DNA of 64,000 nucleotides from contig JBBRLQ010000019.1 in assembly GCA_038231275.1 (NCBI GenBank), positions 32,001 through 96,000 on the forward strand, read 5' to 3'. This document shows positions 9,811 through 20,626 of this stretch, piece by piece. The translations under genes and the position numbers were made by a program. Within the stretch, counting starts at the first letter, position 1. Each line of letters opens with the position of its first letter. Below the pieces are notes generated by a model, which saw only the letters and a list, made by a program, of their open reading frames with translations, did no database searches and was not told the origin of the DNA. The stretch comes from Polyangiales bacterium. Lineage in GTDB: Bacteria; Myxococcota_A; Polyangia; Polyangiales; Polyangiaceae.

Positions 9811-11145
9811 ATGGGTCGTGGAACCGCGTGGGGTGCCGTCATCGTCGCGGTCGCCGTCGTCACGGCGTGCGGGCCGCTGTTCGGCGTCCAGGAGATCACG
9901 ATCGTGGACGTTCCCGACGCGTCGCTCCCGGACGCCCCGGCGGACGAGGCAGGGGGCGGGGGAGGCGAGGGGGGAGTCGACGGAGGCGTCGAGTGTGCGT
10001 TCGCGGCGGACTGCCCGGCGCTTGCGGCCACTCCTGCCGGGTGCGCCGTCGCCGACTGCACCGCGAGCAAATGCGTGTATCATGCAATCGACAAGGACCA
10101 GGACGGCCACCCGACGGCGCGTTGCGCGGCCACCGGGGGCGTCCGTGTGACGCTCGGCGACGATTGCGACGACACGACCGCGCAGCTCTACCCTGGCCAT
10201 CCAAAGGACTGTTCGGAGGGTCCTGACGGCGGCGTCATCACGTTCCCGGGCGGCCAGCCGGTCGGCGCCTGCACGTTCGGAAAGAAATCGTGCAACGGCG
10301 ACGGCACCGTCTCGGCGTGCGTCGGCGCGGTCGCGCCGGTCCCGGTTACGGCGTGCACGCCGGCGATCGACGAAGCGTGCACCGGCAACGCCACCGAGGG
10401 CTGCGCGTGCACCACCGGACAGACGACTCCGTGCGGCACGTCCTCGGTCGGCGTCTGCATGAAGGGCGTCTCGACGTGTCAGGGGGCGAGCAACACCTTC
10501 GGCCCGTGCGTCGGCAACGTCGAGCCCGGTCCCCGAAGCTGCGCGGCCGGCAGCGACAACGACTGCAACGGGACCAACGACAACGCGGAGGCCGCGTGCC
10601 AGTGCCCGGGCGGCGGCGCGCCCACCAGCACCCGCGCGTGCAACACCCACCCGCAAGACGGCACCGGCGCGTGCGTCGCCGGCTCGCAGACATGCACGCC
10701 GAGCGGCTCGTCGTCGGATTGGTCCGGCTGCGCGGGCGACGTCGGACCGCAGGCCGAGCAATGCGACGGAGTCGATCGCGACTGCAACGGAGTCGCCGGC
10801 GTCAACGAGCCCGCCGATCCAGCGCCTCAGCCTCCGGTGTCGACGCTCGCGACCGTGAACTGCACCCACATCTTCCGCTGCCCCGCAGCCGGTCGGGGCG
10901 CGCTCTACTACCGCAACGGCGTCGGCTGGACGAACTTCGCCGGCACCAACACGGTGTGGACCGGCTACGCGCCGCAGGGCAGCTTCTCGGGCGGCACCGC
11001 GCCGCCCGGCGAATACCGCATCTCGCGCGACGGCTCGGGCACCAAGATGGGACCGGTCAGCGTCGCGTCGGCGTGCTGCAGCGGCGGCTGCGCGACCGCC
11101 AACGTGTACGCGGACGGCAACGGCCAGTTCTACACGCCGCCCTGA
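9811..11145 (+). CDS. Cys-rich lipoprotein with MopE-like/putative metal-binding repeats
   Basis: Lipobox VTAC. Motifs DKDQDGH..GDDCDD..YPG, DNDCNG, EQCDGVDRDCNG. Alternative start 9796. Confidence 0.8.
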   Translation: MGRGTAWGAVIVAVAVVTACGPLFGVQEITIVDVPDASLPDAPADEAGGGGGEGGVDGGVECAFAADCPALAATPAGCAVADCTASKCVYHAIDKDQDGHPTARCAATGGVRVTLGDDCDDTTAQLYPGHPKDCSEGPDGGVITFPGGQPVGACTFGKKSCNGDGTVSACVGAVAPVPVTACTPAIDEACTGNATEGCACTTGQTTPCGTSSVGVCMKGVSTCQGASNTFGPCVGNVEPGPRSCAAGSDNDCNGTNDNAEAACQCPGGGAPTSTRACNTHPQDGTGACVAGSQTCTPSGSSSDWSGCAGDVGPQAEQCDGVDRDCNGVAGVNEPADPAPQPPVSTLATVNCTHIFRCPAAGRGALYYRNGVGWTNFAGTNTVWTGYAPQGSFSGGTAPPGEYRISRDGSGTKMGPVSVASACCSGGCATANVYADGNGQFYTPP

Positions 11146-11161
11146 GGAGGCTCGAGGCGCG

Positions 11162-11992
11162 TCAGAGTTTCTCCCAGCGCGCGCCGGGAGCTTCGCCGCA
11201 GCGGACGCGGAGGATGGTCGACCGATCGATGCCTCCGAAGACGCCGAACGGTGAGCCTTCGCTCGCCGCGCACATCGCATCGACCACCTTGGCGAGCGAC
11301 TCGGGCGGCGCGTCTCGCGTGATCGGATCGCGCCATCCGGCCAGCGTGATCACGGGATACGAGCCGCGTCCGTACAGCTGCGTCCGTACCGGCGTGAGCT
11401 TCGCGATCACGAGCGCGTCGCGGAGCTTCGTCGGTGGCGCATCGGCTTCGATCGCGGACGGCGCCGCGGGAGGGCCGCTCGGATCGCTCCCATCCGGCCA
11501 CTTCGCGAGCGGGCCGCCCTTGGCCAGCTCCAGACGATCGCGATCGACATCGACGAGGAACGTGTCGCGCGGCCCGCCTCCGCCCGGTGCCGTGCATCCC
11601 GCCGTCGGCGGCTCGCGATCGCGGACCTCGACGATCGCCTTGCCGTCTCGGCTCCCCGCCGCTTTCGTCGAGACGCATCGGGTCGCGTCGCCGTACCGTC
11701 GCGTCGCGCGCACGTACCGAGCGACGTAGTCACGCGCGGGCTCGGCGCGGTCCAGGTCCCACGCGGGTTGGCTCGACGGCGCCGCAGGGATGTCCGCCGG
11801 GTTGTCCTCCGGTCGCGGACGCGTCGGCACGAGGCGTCCCTCTTCGTCACGGACGAGGTGGGATCGATTCATCGCCGACGGCGGGGCCTTCGCGGTCGAG
11901 CTGCTGCTCGGCGCGGGTGCCGCGACGTCCTCCCGCTTGCCCTTGCACCCCGCCGCGACCAAGCAGATCGCGAGGATGACCGCGTTGCGCAT
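11162..11992 (-). CDS. Hypothetical lipoprotein
   Basis: SD AGGAG upstream, lipobox AAGC, globular region with paired Cys. Confidence 0.75.
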   Translation of the reverse strand: MRNAVILAICLVAAGCKGKREDVAAPAPSSSSTAKAPPSAMNRSHLVRDEEGRLVPTRPRPEDNPADIPAAPSSQPAWDLDRAEPARDYVARYVRATRRYGDATRCVSTKAAGSRDGKAIVEVRDREPPTAGCTAPGGGGPRDTFLVDVDRDRLELAKGGPLAKWPDGSDPSGPPAAPSAIEADAPPTKLRDALVIAKLTPVRTQLYGRGSYPVITLAGWRDPITRDAPPESLAKVVDAMCAASEGSPFGVFGGIDRSTILRVRCGEAPGARWEKL

Positions 11993-12216
11993 GCGCTCCT
12001 ACATGACCCAGCGTCGCGACGGAGTAAAGCGCTCCACCCGCGCGTTGGCCCCCAAGAAAAGTCACGAAACGTGCCAGGCGGCGCCGATCGCCGCGAGGAT
12101 CTAGCGTTATGGAGAGCGTCCGCGCTCATGTTTTTCTGGTCGTAGATCGACCCGCCGCCGCGGGCGTACCAAGAGAACGTCGCGACTCGCCCATCGTCGG
12201 CTACCTTTAGGAGCAA

Positions 12217-13995
12217 ATGCGCATGCGAACCGTCCTGTCCCCGCTCGTCGCCGCCGGCCTCGCCGCCGCCACAATCGCCTTGGCCGCGTTTCCCGCGGGC
12301 GCGTGGCAAGCGCAGACCGACGACGCGGCGCCTCCCCCCGTTGCTCCTGCCGACGTCGCGTTCGACGACACGCTGCCGACGGAGATCGAAGGCGAGATCG
12401 CGATCGACCTCCGTGATGACGCGTCGGACGCGGACATCGAAGCCTTCGCGACGCGCAACGGCCTCACGGTCCGACCCAACAGCTCGTGGAGCACGCACGA
12501 CAAGTTCGAGATCGCCGATGTCGACCCCGCCGCCGAGCGCTCCATCCTCGAGAAGCTCTCGCACGATCCGCTCGTCGAGCACGCGGAGCCGATGGCGCTC
12601 TACCGCGCGTTCTTCGTCCCGAACGATCCGCTCTTCGCGAGCAAGCAGTGGCACCTCACCAACGTCCACGCCGAGCAGGGGTGGAACTACACGTGCGGGC
12701 GCGGCGTCACCGTCGCGGTCATCGACACCGGCGTCGCGTGCTTCACGAAGGGCCCGTTCTCGAAGGGCACCGATCTCGAGGGCACGCGCTGCGAGGGCGG
12801 CTACGACTTCGTCAACAACGACGCCGAGGCTGCCGACGATCACGGCCACGGCACCCACGTCGCCGGCACGATCGCGCAGACGACGAACAACGGCATGGGC
12901 ACCGCCGGCCTCGCGTTCTGCGCGACGCTCATGCCGGTGAAGGTCCTGAGCAAGCAAGGCTACGGCACCGTCACCAACGTGGCCGAGGGCATCCGCTTCG
13001 CCGCCGACAACGGCGCGCAGATCATCAACATGAGCCTCGGCGGCCCGAGCCGCAGCAAGATCATCGAGGACGCGGTCAAGCACGCCATCGCGAAGGGCGT
13101 GCTCGTCGTCGCCGCGGCCGGCAACTCGGGGCGCAGCGTAGGCTTCCCCGCCGCGTACGACGGCGTGCTCGCCGTCAGCGCCACCGACTCCAACGACAAG
13201 ATCGCGTGGTTCTCGTCGCGCGGGCCTGAGGTCGGCATCGGCGCGCCAGGCGTCAACGTCACCCAGCAGACGATCTGCGAGGGCGGCAAGAACAAGTGCG
13301 AGATCTTCGGCACGTTCAACGGCACCAGCATGGCCGCGCCGCACGTCGCTGGCGTCGCCGCGATGGTGCTCAGCATGGGCGTCACCGATCCCGGCGCCAT
13401 CCGCAGCACGCTCGAGGCGACCGCGCGGCCCAAGGAAGAGAAGAACTTGTATGGTGCAGGTATCTTGGACGCCGGCCCTGCGATCGCGCGGGCGCACTGG
13501 CTCCACGTCGGCCTGCGCCTCGCCGCGCTGGTGGCGCTGTTTGGACTCATCGCCGCGCGCATCAAGAAGAACCGTGGCCAGCTCGCCGCGACGCCGCTCG
13601 CCATCGCCGGTGCGCTCGCCGGCGCGGTGGGTCTCGTCCCGTTCGCGCCGCTCCTCCACCTCGGATCGTTCGGCTTCGCACGCCCGGTCGTCGAGCTCCT
13701 CATGCGTCCGGTAGGCGAGTGGGATCTCCTCTTCGGCGCGGGCCTACACCGATGGTTGCCCCTCGCGAGCGCGCTGCCTGCGATGGCCGGCGTAGCGCTC
13801 CTCTTCGGAAGCAAGCGCCTCCGCTCGGGCGTCGGCGGCTTCGCGATCGGGTCGGCCGCCCTCATGGTGCAAATCGCGTTCTCCGCCGACGTCGCGTTCG
13901 GCCTCGGCTCCTTCGCGCTCCGCCTTTGGATGGTCGCGAACATTGCGGTCTGCCTCTGGCTCGGCCAGATGTGCCTGGACAGGAAGACCATCTGA
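12217..13995 (+). CDS. S8 subtilisin-like serine peptidase with C-terminal TM helices
   Basis: VAVIDTG, HGHGTHVAG, AAAGN, GTSMAAPHV. Signal peptide plus pro-domain. About five C-terminal hydrophobic helices. Confidence 0.95.
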   Translation: MRMRTVLSPLVAAGLAAATIALAAFPAGAWQAQTDDAAPPPVAPADVAFDDTLPTEIEGEIAIDLRDDASDADIEAFATRNGLTVRPNSSWSTHDKFEIADVDPAAERSILEKLSHDPLVEHAEPMALYRAFFVPNDPLFASKQWHLTNVHAEQGWNYTCGRGVTVAVIDTGVACFTKGPFSKGTDLEGTRCEGGYDFVNNDAEAADDHGHGTHVAGTIAQTTNNGMGTAGLAFCATLMPVKVLSKQGYGTVTNVAEGIRFAADNGAQIINMSLGGPSRSKIIEDAVKHAIAKGVLVVAAAGNSGRSVGFPAAYDGVLAVSATDSNDKIAWFSSRGPEVGIGAPGVNVTQQTICEGGKNKCEIFGTFNGTSMAAPHVAGVAAMVLSMGVTDPGAIRSTLEATARPKEEKNLYGAGILDAGPAIARAHWLHVGLRLAALVALFGLIAARIKKNRGQLAATPLAIAGALAGAVGLVPFAPLLHLGSFGFARPVVELLMRPVGEWDLLFGAGLHRWLPLASALPAMAGVALLFGSKRLRSGVGGFAIGSAALMVQIAFSADVAFGLGSFALRLWMVANIAVCLWLGQMCLDRKTI

Positions 13996-14117
13996 TCCTG
14001 CGGCGCCGCACGTCGGAGCTCAGATTGTGCAATGCCCTGTTGCGCGAATTGCGCAACGGCTACGATGCATCGTGTACCTAGGCTGAGCATGGCAGTTGCT
14101 TGGGGGGTGACGAGCCG

Positions 14118-15353
14118 ATGAACGCCGCACGCGAAGCCGAGTTGCCCGACGTGGAAGTGGGCGCACTCCTCAAGGACAAGTGGCGGATCGACGCGCTGCT
14201 CGGGCGCGGCGGAATGGCGACGGTGTATGCAGCCACCCACCGCAACGGCATGCGCGTGGCCATCAAGATCCTGCACCGCGCGATGACGATGAACCGCGAG
14301 GTCCGTGAGCGGTTCCTGCGCGAGGGCTACGTCGCGAACGCCGTCGGACACTCCGGCGCGGTCAAGGTCCTCGACGACGACGTCACGCCCGCGGGCGACG
14401 CGTTCCTCGTCATGGAGCTGCTCGAGGGGGAGTCTCTCGACGCGCGGCAAGCGCGCCTCGGCGGTGTCCTCCCGTCCGAAGAGATCTTCGCGGTGGGCGA
14501 GCAGCTCTTGGGCACGCTCGCCGCGGCGCACCAGAAGGGGATCGTCCACCGCGACATCAAGCCGGAGAACCTCTTTCTCACCAAGCAGGGGACGCTGAAG
14601 ATCCTCGATTTCGGGATCGCGCAGATGCGCATCCCGGGGGGCCTGCGGACCAAGAAGGGTCTGCTCCTCGGCACGCCCGACTTCATGGCGCCCGAGCAGA
14701 CGACCGGCTCCGACGGGATCGACGCCCGCACGGATTTGTGGTCGGTCGGGGCCACGTTGTTCATGCTCGCGGCCGGAGAGCCGGTTCACGTGTCCACGTC
14801 GGTGCCGGACTACATCGCGCGCGTGAACACGCAGCCGGCGCGCGCGCTCTCGGACGTCGCGGCGAACGCACCGGCGCAGCTCACGTCGGTCCTCGCCCGC
14901 GCGCTCCGGATCGACAAAGCCGAGCGCTGGCAGAGCGCGACCGCGATGCAGAAGGCACTGCGCGCGGCGCACGTCGCGCAGGCCGAGGCCGCCGGCGATC
15001 CGCTGAAGCCCGCGATCCACGTGATGAGAGAGGACGAAGGCCTCGAGACCGATCCGACCGAGTTCGCGCCGCTGGGAAGGGTGATGGCTCCGCGCCCGCA
15101 GCCCTCGCCGCCGCTGGCGCACGTCATGTCGACGGTGCGCATGGTCGCGGCCCCTCCGCAGGCCTCCGCGCCGATCGCCGCACCCATCGCCGTGCCGCTC
15201 GCGCCCGCGCCTTCGAACGTCACGATCGTGTCGCCGCCGCCCCCCGCGTTTCACGCGCGCCGGCGCTGGATTTTCGCCGCGATCGTGCTCGCGCTGCTCG
15301 TCGCCGGAGCCCTTTGGTTCCTCGCCGGGCACGCGCCGCAAATGGTACGGTAA
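14118..15353 (+). CDS. Hanks-type Ser/Thr protein kinase with C-terminal TM
   Basis: [39 protein letters not shown]. Terminal TM with almost no external domain. Confidence 0.95.
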   Translation: MNAAREAELPDVEVGALLKDKWRIDALLGRGGMATVYAATHRNGMRVAIKILHRAMTMNREVRERFLREGYVANAVGHSGAVKVLDDDVTPAGDAFLVMELLEGESLDARQARLGGVLPSEEIFAVGEQLLGTLAAAHQKGIVHRDIKPENLFLTKQGTLKILDFGIAQMRIPGGLRTKKGLLLGTPDFMAPEQTTGSDGIDARTDLWSVGATLFMLAAGEPVHVSTSVPDYIARVNTQPARALSDVAANAPAQLTSVLARALRIDKAERWQSATAMQKALRAAHVAQAEAAGDPLKPAIHVMREDEGLETDPTEFAPLGRVMAPRPQPSPPLAHVMSTVRMVAAPPQASAPIAAPIAVPLAPAPSNVTIVSPPPPAFHARRRWIFAAIVLALLVAGALWFLAGHAPQMVR

Positions 15354-15360
15354 AGGGGAG

Positions 15361-16476
15361 ATGTCCCTCAAGATCGACCAGGATCACTCCCGCTTTCGCG
15401 CGATTGTCCGCGGCAAGATCCGACAGAACTTGCGCAAGTACATTTCACAAGGCGAGATGATCGGCCGCAAGGGCAAAGACCTCGTCTCGATCCCGATTCC
15501 GCAGATCGACATTCCGCGCTTCCGATACGGCGACAAGCAGCAGGGCGGCGCCGGGCAGGGTCAAGGCGATCCGGGTGATCCGGTCTCCGGTCAGCAGGGC
15601 GACGAGCAAGGCGAGGGCGGCAAGCAGGCCGGCGAGGGCGCGGGCGAGCACGTCCTCGAGGTCGACGTCACGATGGACGAGCTCGCCGCGATCCTTGGCG
15701 AAGAGCTCGAGCTCCCCGACATCCGCGACAAGGGCAAGAGCAAGATCATCAACGCGAAGGATCGCTACACCGGCGTCCGCCGCGTCGGCCCCGAGTCGCT
15801 CCGCCACTTCCGCCGCACGTACCGCGAGGCGCTGAAGCGCCAGATCTCGATGGGCACCTACGCCCCCGACAAGCCCATGATCGTCCCCATCCCCGACGAC
15901 AAGCGCTACCGGTCGTGGAAGACGGAGGCCGAGCCGGTCGCCAACGCCGTCATCATCTACATGATGGACGTGTCGGGCTCGATGGGCGACGAGCAGAAAG
16001 AGATCGTCCGCATCGAGAGCTTCTGGATCGATGCGTGGCTGCAGAAGCAATACAAGGGGCTCGAGAGCCGCTTCATCATCCACGACGCCGTCGCGCGCGA
16101 GGTCGATCGCGAGACGTTCTTCCACACGCGCGAATCGGGCGGCACGATGATCTCGAGCGCCTACAAGCTCTGCTCGCAGCTCATCGACGATCACTACCCG
16201 CCCGAGGAGTGGAACATCTACCCGTTCCACTTCTCCGACGGCGACAACTGGTCGATGGACGACACGCTCTCCTGCGTCGAAATCCTGAAGCAGAAGATCC
16301 TCCCGCGCGCGAACGTGTTCGCCTACGGCCAGGTCGAGAGTCCGTACGGTTCGGGCCAGTTCATCAAGGATCTGCGCGATCACTTCGGGAAAGACGACCG
16401 CGTCATCACGAGCGAGATCCGCGACAAAGACGCGATCGTCGGAAGCATCAAGGAGTTTCTCGGCAAGGGGAAGTGA
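15361..16476 (+). CDS. yeaH: DUF444 / YeaH-YhbH family protein (VWA-like)
   Basis: IPRFRYG, Gly-rich GQGQG segment, [37 protein letters not shown]. Confidence 0.92.
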   Translation: MSLKIDQDHSRFRAIVRGKIRQNLRKYISQGEMIGRKGKDLVSIPIPQIDIPRFRYGDKQQGGAGQGQGDPGDPVSGQQGDEQGEGGKQAGEGAGEHVLEVDVTMDELAAILGEELELPDIRDKGKSKIINAKDRYTGVRRVGPESLRHFRRTYREALKRQISMGTYAPDKPMIVPIPDDKRYRSWKTEAEPVANAVIIYMMDVSGSMGDEQKEIVRIESFWIDAWLQKQYKGLESRFIIHDAVAREVDRETFFHTRESGGTMISSAYKLCSQLIDDHYPPEEWNIYPFHFSDGDNWSMDDTLSCVEILKQKILPRANVFAYGQVESPYGSGQFIKDLRDHFGKDDRVITSEIRDKDAIVGSIKEFLGKGK

Positions 16477-16573
16477 CCGTTCGGCGAAGGCCGAGGGGTC
16501 CCTCTCTCCCTCCTGTAATTTCTTCCGGGAACTTTATTCAAAACTTCTAGACGGCTCGCGCGTCTGAGGACCC

Positions 16574-17794
16574 ATGAACGGTCGGCACCTCTCCTGGGTG
16601 CTGGCGGCTACCCTCGTCGTCACGGCGTGGGCGTCGCCAGCGTGTGTCAGGTCGCATGGCGGAACGAACGGCGGTCGCGCGTCCCCGGCAACGGACACAC
16701 AAACTGCAACGGCCACGTCACCCGACGTGCAAGCCGCTGCCGGCGCAGCGCCAGGCGCAGCACCTCAACCTGGCGGCAACGCCAACGCGGCAGGCGTTGC
16801 AGCGGCCGCGGGCGGTGCGATGAAGGACCAGACGGTCGGCGATCCCAAGGCCTACGACAACCTCACGATCCTGCCGATCTTCGCGAAGACGCAGATCGAC
16901 ATGGGACCGATGACGACGCTCGACCAGGCCATGGCGAAGGGCAAAGCCGAGGTCCGCGAGATGGGCGCCGACGGCCGCGGCGGCGGCGCGCAGGTCAATA
17001 CGCTCGTCATCGAGAACAAGGGCGACGTCGCGATTTACGTGCTCGCCGGCACCATCGTGAAGGGCGGAAACCAAGATCGCCAGATCGGCCAGGACTTCAT
17101 CATCGAGCCGAAGCAGACGACGCCGGTGGACGCGTTCTGCGTCGAGCACGGCCGCTGGACAGGTGCTCGTGACGGGCAGGCCACGGGAGGGAAATTCGGC
17201 TCCGCGCAGCAGCTCGTCACGAGCAGCGTCCGCGCGGCGGCGCAGTACCAGAAGAACCAGGGCGAGGTTTGGGCCAAGGTCGAGAAGGTGAACGAGGCGC
17301 ACCACAAGAGCGCGCAGTCGGGCACGCTCATGGCGACGCTCGACGCCCCCGACGTCCAGCAAAAGCGCGCCGCGTTGGTCGAGAAGGTGAACGGCTTCCT
17401 CGTGACGACGACGCCCAACGACAAGCTCGTCGGCTTCGCGTTCGCGGTCGACGGAAAGGTCAAAGGGGCGCGCTGGTTCGCGAGCCACAAGATCTTCGAG
17501 CTCTTTCGCACGCAGCTCGTGAACGGCGTCGCGGTCGACGCGCTCACGGCACAAGTCGAGCGCAACGGCGCGCCTCCGCCGGCGGCTGCGGCGATTCAGC
17601 CGGCCGCCATCGTGCAGTTCGTGGACGACGTCGAGAAGACGCAGGTCACCGAGAAGCGCGACACCGCGGGCTCCAACTCGAACGAGTACAAGGACTCGGA
17701 CAAGGCGTACGGATCGAAGGCGTACCGAAAGCCGAGCCTGAGCGCGCCGACGGCCCCGAAGGTTCCCGTCAGCCAGGACTACCTGGTGCACTGA
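16574..17794 (+). CDS. ARPP-1/DUF6569-like domain protein with signal peptide
   Basis: YDNLTILPI..VNTLVIEN..LAGTIVKGGNQDR..FCVEHGRW..QGEVW pattern. N-terminal hydrophobic signal ending at SPAC. Confidence 0.75.
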   Translation: MNGRHLSWVLAATLVVTAWASPACVRSHGGTNGGRASPATDTQTATATSPDVQAAAGAAPGAAPQPGGNANAAGVAAAAGGAMKDQTVGDPKAYDNLTILPIFAKTQIDMGPMTTLDQAMAKGKAEVREMGADGRGGGAQVNTLVIENKGDVAIYVLAGTIVKGGNQDRQIGQDFIIEPKQTTPVDAFCVEHGRWTGARDGQATGGKFGSAQQLVTSSVRAAAQYQKNQGEVWAKVEKVNEAHHKSAQSGTLMATLDAPDVQQKRAALVEKVNGFLVTTTPNDKLVGFAFAVDGKVKGARWFASHKIFELFRTQLVNGVAVDALTAQVERNGAPPPAAAAIQPAAIVQFVDDVEKTQVTEKRDTAGSNSNEYKDSDKAYGSKAYRKPSLSAPTAPKVPVSQDYLVH

Positions 17795-17933
17795 CCGATC
17801 GGCGAGAACCCAAGACCGAACACGCGCCGCGGTGCTGGCACAGTCCGGCGCAGCGATCCCATTCACTCGCGGGAGAACGTAACGCAAAGACGGAGTGTTA
17901 CTGCTGCGCACGACTCTTGCTGAGGCCCTTCCC

Positions 17934-18320
17934 ATGTGGAGGCCGACGCGCGCCGGGATCGGATGGAGTCTTTTCGCCGCGATCGACGCCGTTGCGCTCG
18001 CCGTCGCACTCCTCGCGCCGGCGTCGCCCTCGCAGCCAGATCTCTCCGAGGCGGACGCCCGCATCATGTACGCGTCGATCGCGCGCGAAGAACCGGCGCT
18101 CCGCGCTGCGGCGGCGCGCTCGTTCCCCGGCGATCTCTGGTCGCAGGACGACGACTTCCACGGTAACGAGCAGAAGAAGATCCGCGCCCTCGCCGGCGAG
18201 CGACAGGCCCGCATCGGTGACGCGCTCCGCGCCGTCGACGACGGCATGCGTGAAGGCTGGAGTCCGCGCGGAGCGCTGAGCCCCAAGGTCCCTCCGTGTC
18301 GACCACGTCTCGATTATTGA
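17934..18320 (+). CDS. Small membrane-anchored hypothetical protein
   Basis: N-terminal TM, motif FPGDLWSQDDDFH, overlaps the next gene. Start uncertain (17895 or 17934). Confidence 0.6.
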   Translation: MWRPTRAGIGWSLFAAIDAVALAVALLAPASPSQPDLSEADARIMYASIAREEPALRAAAARSFPGDLWSQDDDFHGNEQKKIRALAGERQARIGDALRAVDDGMREGWSPRGALSPKVPPCRPRLDY

Positions 18321-20599
18321 GATCCATCGGGACGGCCGCCTCGCAGGCACCCGTGCGCCTCGCCGCGTTCGCGCTCCTCGCCCTGATCGCCAAATGGCCG
18401 CTCCTCGCGAGCGCGGCGATGATGAATGACTTCCGCGACGCGCAGTACTTCACTCTGTTCGAAGAGGCTGCGCGCACGACGGTCGTCCGCTTCCACGAGC
18501 TACCGCTCTGGAATCCCTATTACTGCGGCGGCATCCCCGCCCTCGGCATTCCCTCCGCCCGCTTCGCGTCACCGCCGTTTCTGCTCACGCTCCTCTTCGG
18601 CACACTGCGAGCAAACGCGCTCATCGCGTTCGCGATGTCGGTGCTCGGCTTGGAGGGCACCTTCCGTTACGCGCGCGCCCGGGGTTCGACCGCCCTCGGC
18701 GCGTTCGCGGCAGCGCCCGTCTTCGCCATGGCCGGGTTCTTTGCCCGCGCCTCGGCGCTCGATTGGATCAACTTCTACGGCTTCGAGCTCGTTCCGTGGG
18801 CGGCCCTCGGAATTCACAGCGCCCTGCGCGGGAGCCGGCGCGGCGCGGTCGTGGCCGCGTTCGCGCTCGCGTGGATGATCGGCCAAGGGGGCACGTACGC
18901 CGGTCCGTTCATGCTGCTCGTAGGACTCTTCGAGCTCGTCGAAGCGGTCGGGCGCGCGTTCGTGCGACGCAAACGGCGGCCCATGGGGCAGGCGCTCGTC
19001 GCGATCATGGGGATGGCCGCGATGCTGGGTCTCTTGGCGTTGGCGCTGAGCGCGTTCCGGCTATGGCCGGTCATCGAGAACCTCGCGACCTCGCCGCGCA
19101 TCCTCGGTGGAGCTCCCGGCAACGGGGGCCGCGCGGTCTGGCATAGCGTCTTCGGCGACGCGTCGTTGGCGCGCGGCGAAATGCTGATTGGGGTCCTCGT
19201 GCTTCCCGCGGTGCTGGCGTCGTTCTGGCGCAAGCGGACGCTCCCGATCGTCGTCGTCGCAGCAGTTTGGATTTGGCTGGCGCTCGGGTACAGCGTGAGG
19301 CCGTCGCTCTTCGCCGAGCTCCGGCGCATCCCTCCGTACACGATGCTCCGATATCCGGAGCGCTTTCTGGCTCTCTTCGGTTTGGTGGCCGCAGTGGCCG
19401 CGGCGCTCGGGGTGACCGAGCTCAGCGCGCGCGCGCGCAAGCGAAAGGGGTGGCGCATTCCCCTTGTGATCGTGACCGCCCTCCTGCTCGGCAACGTCGT
19501 CCTCCCGACGGCGAACGACCACGCCGAGGCCAAGGGACGCGCGCTCGTTGCTCCGCCGGTCGACCAGCCACAGGACTTTCATCAGGCGCGCGGAAATCGC
19601 TGGCTCGCCGCCTACTACCCAGGCATCGGGCGCGGGTCGCTCTCCTGCTTCGACGACTACAACGTCGCTCAATCCGCGGCGCTGCGCGGGGACCTCGCAG
19701 AGGAGGAGACGCTCGCCGATCCGACGGCGGGCACGATTGCCCGCGAGAGCTGGACCCCCAACGCGCTCGATCTGCACGTCGCGGTCACGCGGCCGGCGCG
19801 GGTCATCGTCAACCAGAACTTCCACCCCGGATGGCGCGCGAGCGTCGGGGAGGTCGTTAGCGACGCGGGCCGCATCGCCGTGGACCTTCCGGCCGGAACC
19901 CACGCGCTGCACCTGCACTTCGCGCCGCGGTCCGCGACCGGAGGTGCCGCGGTGTCGCTCCTCGGGCTCCTGGTGGCCATCGCGATCTGGCGGCGCGCCG
20001 GGGCCACCGCCACGCCCATCGCCGGCCGGCGGGCGTGGGCGAAGCAGCTGGCGCTCACCGCCGCGCCGCTTTTTGCCGTGCCCCTCTCGTTCGCGCTGGT
20101 GCGCGAACCTGAGCGTCCGACGCCGCCGCTCCTCACGCCACAAGGCGAGCCACTCGTCGTTGGTACGCCGCCGCCCACGTCAAGGCCGCTCCACGTCCAC
20201 TTCGAAGGCGGCGTTGAGCTCGAGGCCGCCGCGCTCCACTTCTCACGTGCGTTCGACGCTCAGGTGGTCACCCTCGAGCTCGACTGGAAGAGGCCCGCAG
20301 CCATCCCCGCCGGCCTCGGGATTTTTGTGCACATCGAGGCGCCCGGTTCCGACACGCTCGGCGCCGATCATGTGCTCATCGGAAACCAAGTGCCCCTCGA
20401 GGGAGCCCCGGCGGATCAGACGCTGCGCGACGTGACGGCACCGATCGGCCTGCCGACGACGACCGAGCCGCGGCACTGGACCGTGCGGGTGGGGCTGTGG
20501 AAGGCTCGCGCGGGGGGAGCGAGGCTTGGGGTCCGCGATCCGGGGCAGGCGACGATCACGGACAACGCGGTGGAGATCGAGAGCTTCGACACTCCGTGA
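18296..20599 (+). CDS. YfhO-like / GT-C-type polytopic membrane protein (putative glycosyltransferase)
   Basis: LPLWNPYYCGGIP, RYPERF, NQNFHPGWRA, many TMs. Possible TTG start at 18317. Confidence 0.75.
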   Translation: MSTTSRLLRSIGTAASQAPVRLAAFALLALIAKWPLLASAAMMNDFRDAQYFTLFEEAARTTVVRFHELPLWNPYYCGGIPALGIPSARFASPPFLLTLLFGTLRANALIAFAMSVLGLEGTFRYARARGSTALGAFAAAPVFAMAGFFARASALDWINFYGFELVPWAALGIHSALRGSRRGAVVAAFALAWMIGQGGTYAGPFMLLVGLFELVEAVGRAFVRRKRRPMGQALVAIMGMAAMLGLLALALSAFRLWPVIENLATSPRILGGAPGNGGRAVWHSVFGDASLARGEMLIGVLVLPAVLASFWRKRTLPIVVVAAVWIWLALGYSVRPSLFAELRRIPPYTMLRYPERFLALFGLVAAVAAALGVTELSARARKRKGWRIPLVIVTALLLGNVVLPTANDHAEAKGRALVAPPVDQPQDFHQARGNRWLAAYYPGIGRGSLSCFDDYNVAQSAALRGDLAEEETLADPTAGTIARESWTPNALDLHVAVTRPARVIVNQNFHPGWRASVGEVVSDAGRIAVDLPAGTHALHLHFAPRSATGGAAVSLLGLLVAIAIWRRAGATATPIAGRRAWAKQLALTAAPLFAVPLSFALVREPERPTPPLLTPQGEPLVVGTPPPTSRPLHVHFEGGVELEAAALHFSRAFDAQVVTLELDWKRPAAIPAGLGIFVHIEAPGSDTLGADHVLIGNQVPLEGAPADQTLRDVTAPIGLPTTTEPRHWTVRVGLWKARAGGARLGVRDPGQATITDNAVEIESFDTP

Positions 20600-20626
20600 T
20601 TCGTCACGCGGAGGTCGAACGACTTC

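Noticed and set aside
12061..12076. Minus-strand sigma54-like motif TGGCACGTTTCGTGAC upstream of the 11992 lipoprotein
   Set aside because: The -24 half is perfect but the -12 reads GA instead of GC, too weak to call.
14040..14056. Dyad TTGCGC-N5-GCGCAA upstream of the 14118 kinase
   Set aside because: Could be a regulator site, but it is a single short GC-rich dyad with no supporting context.
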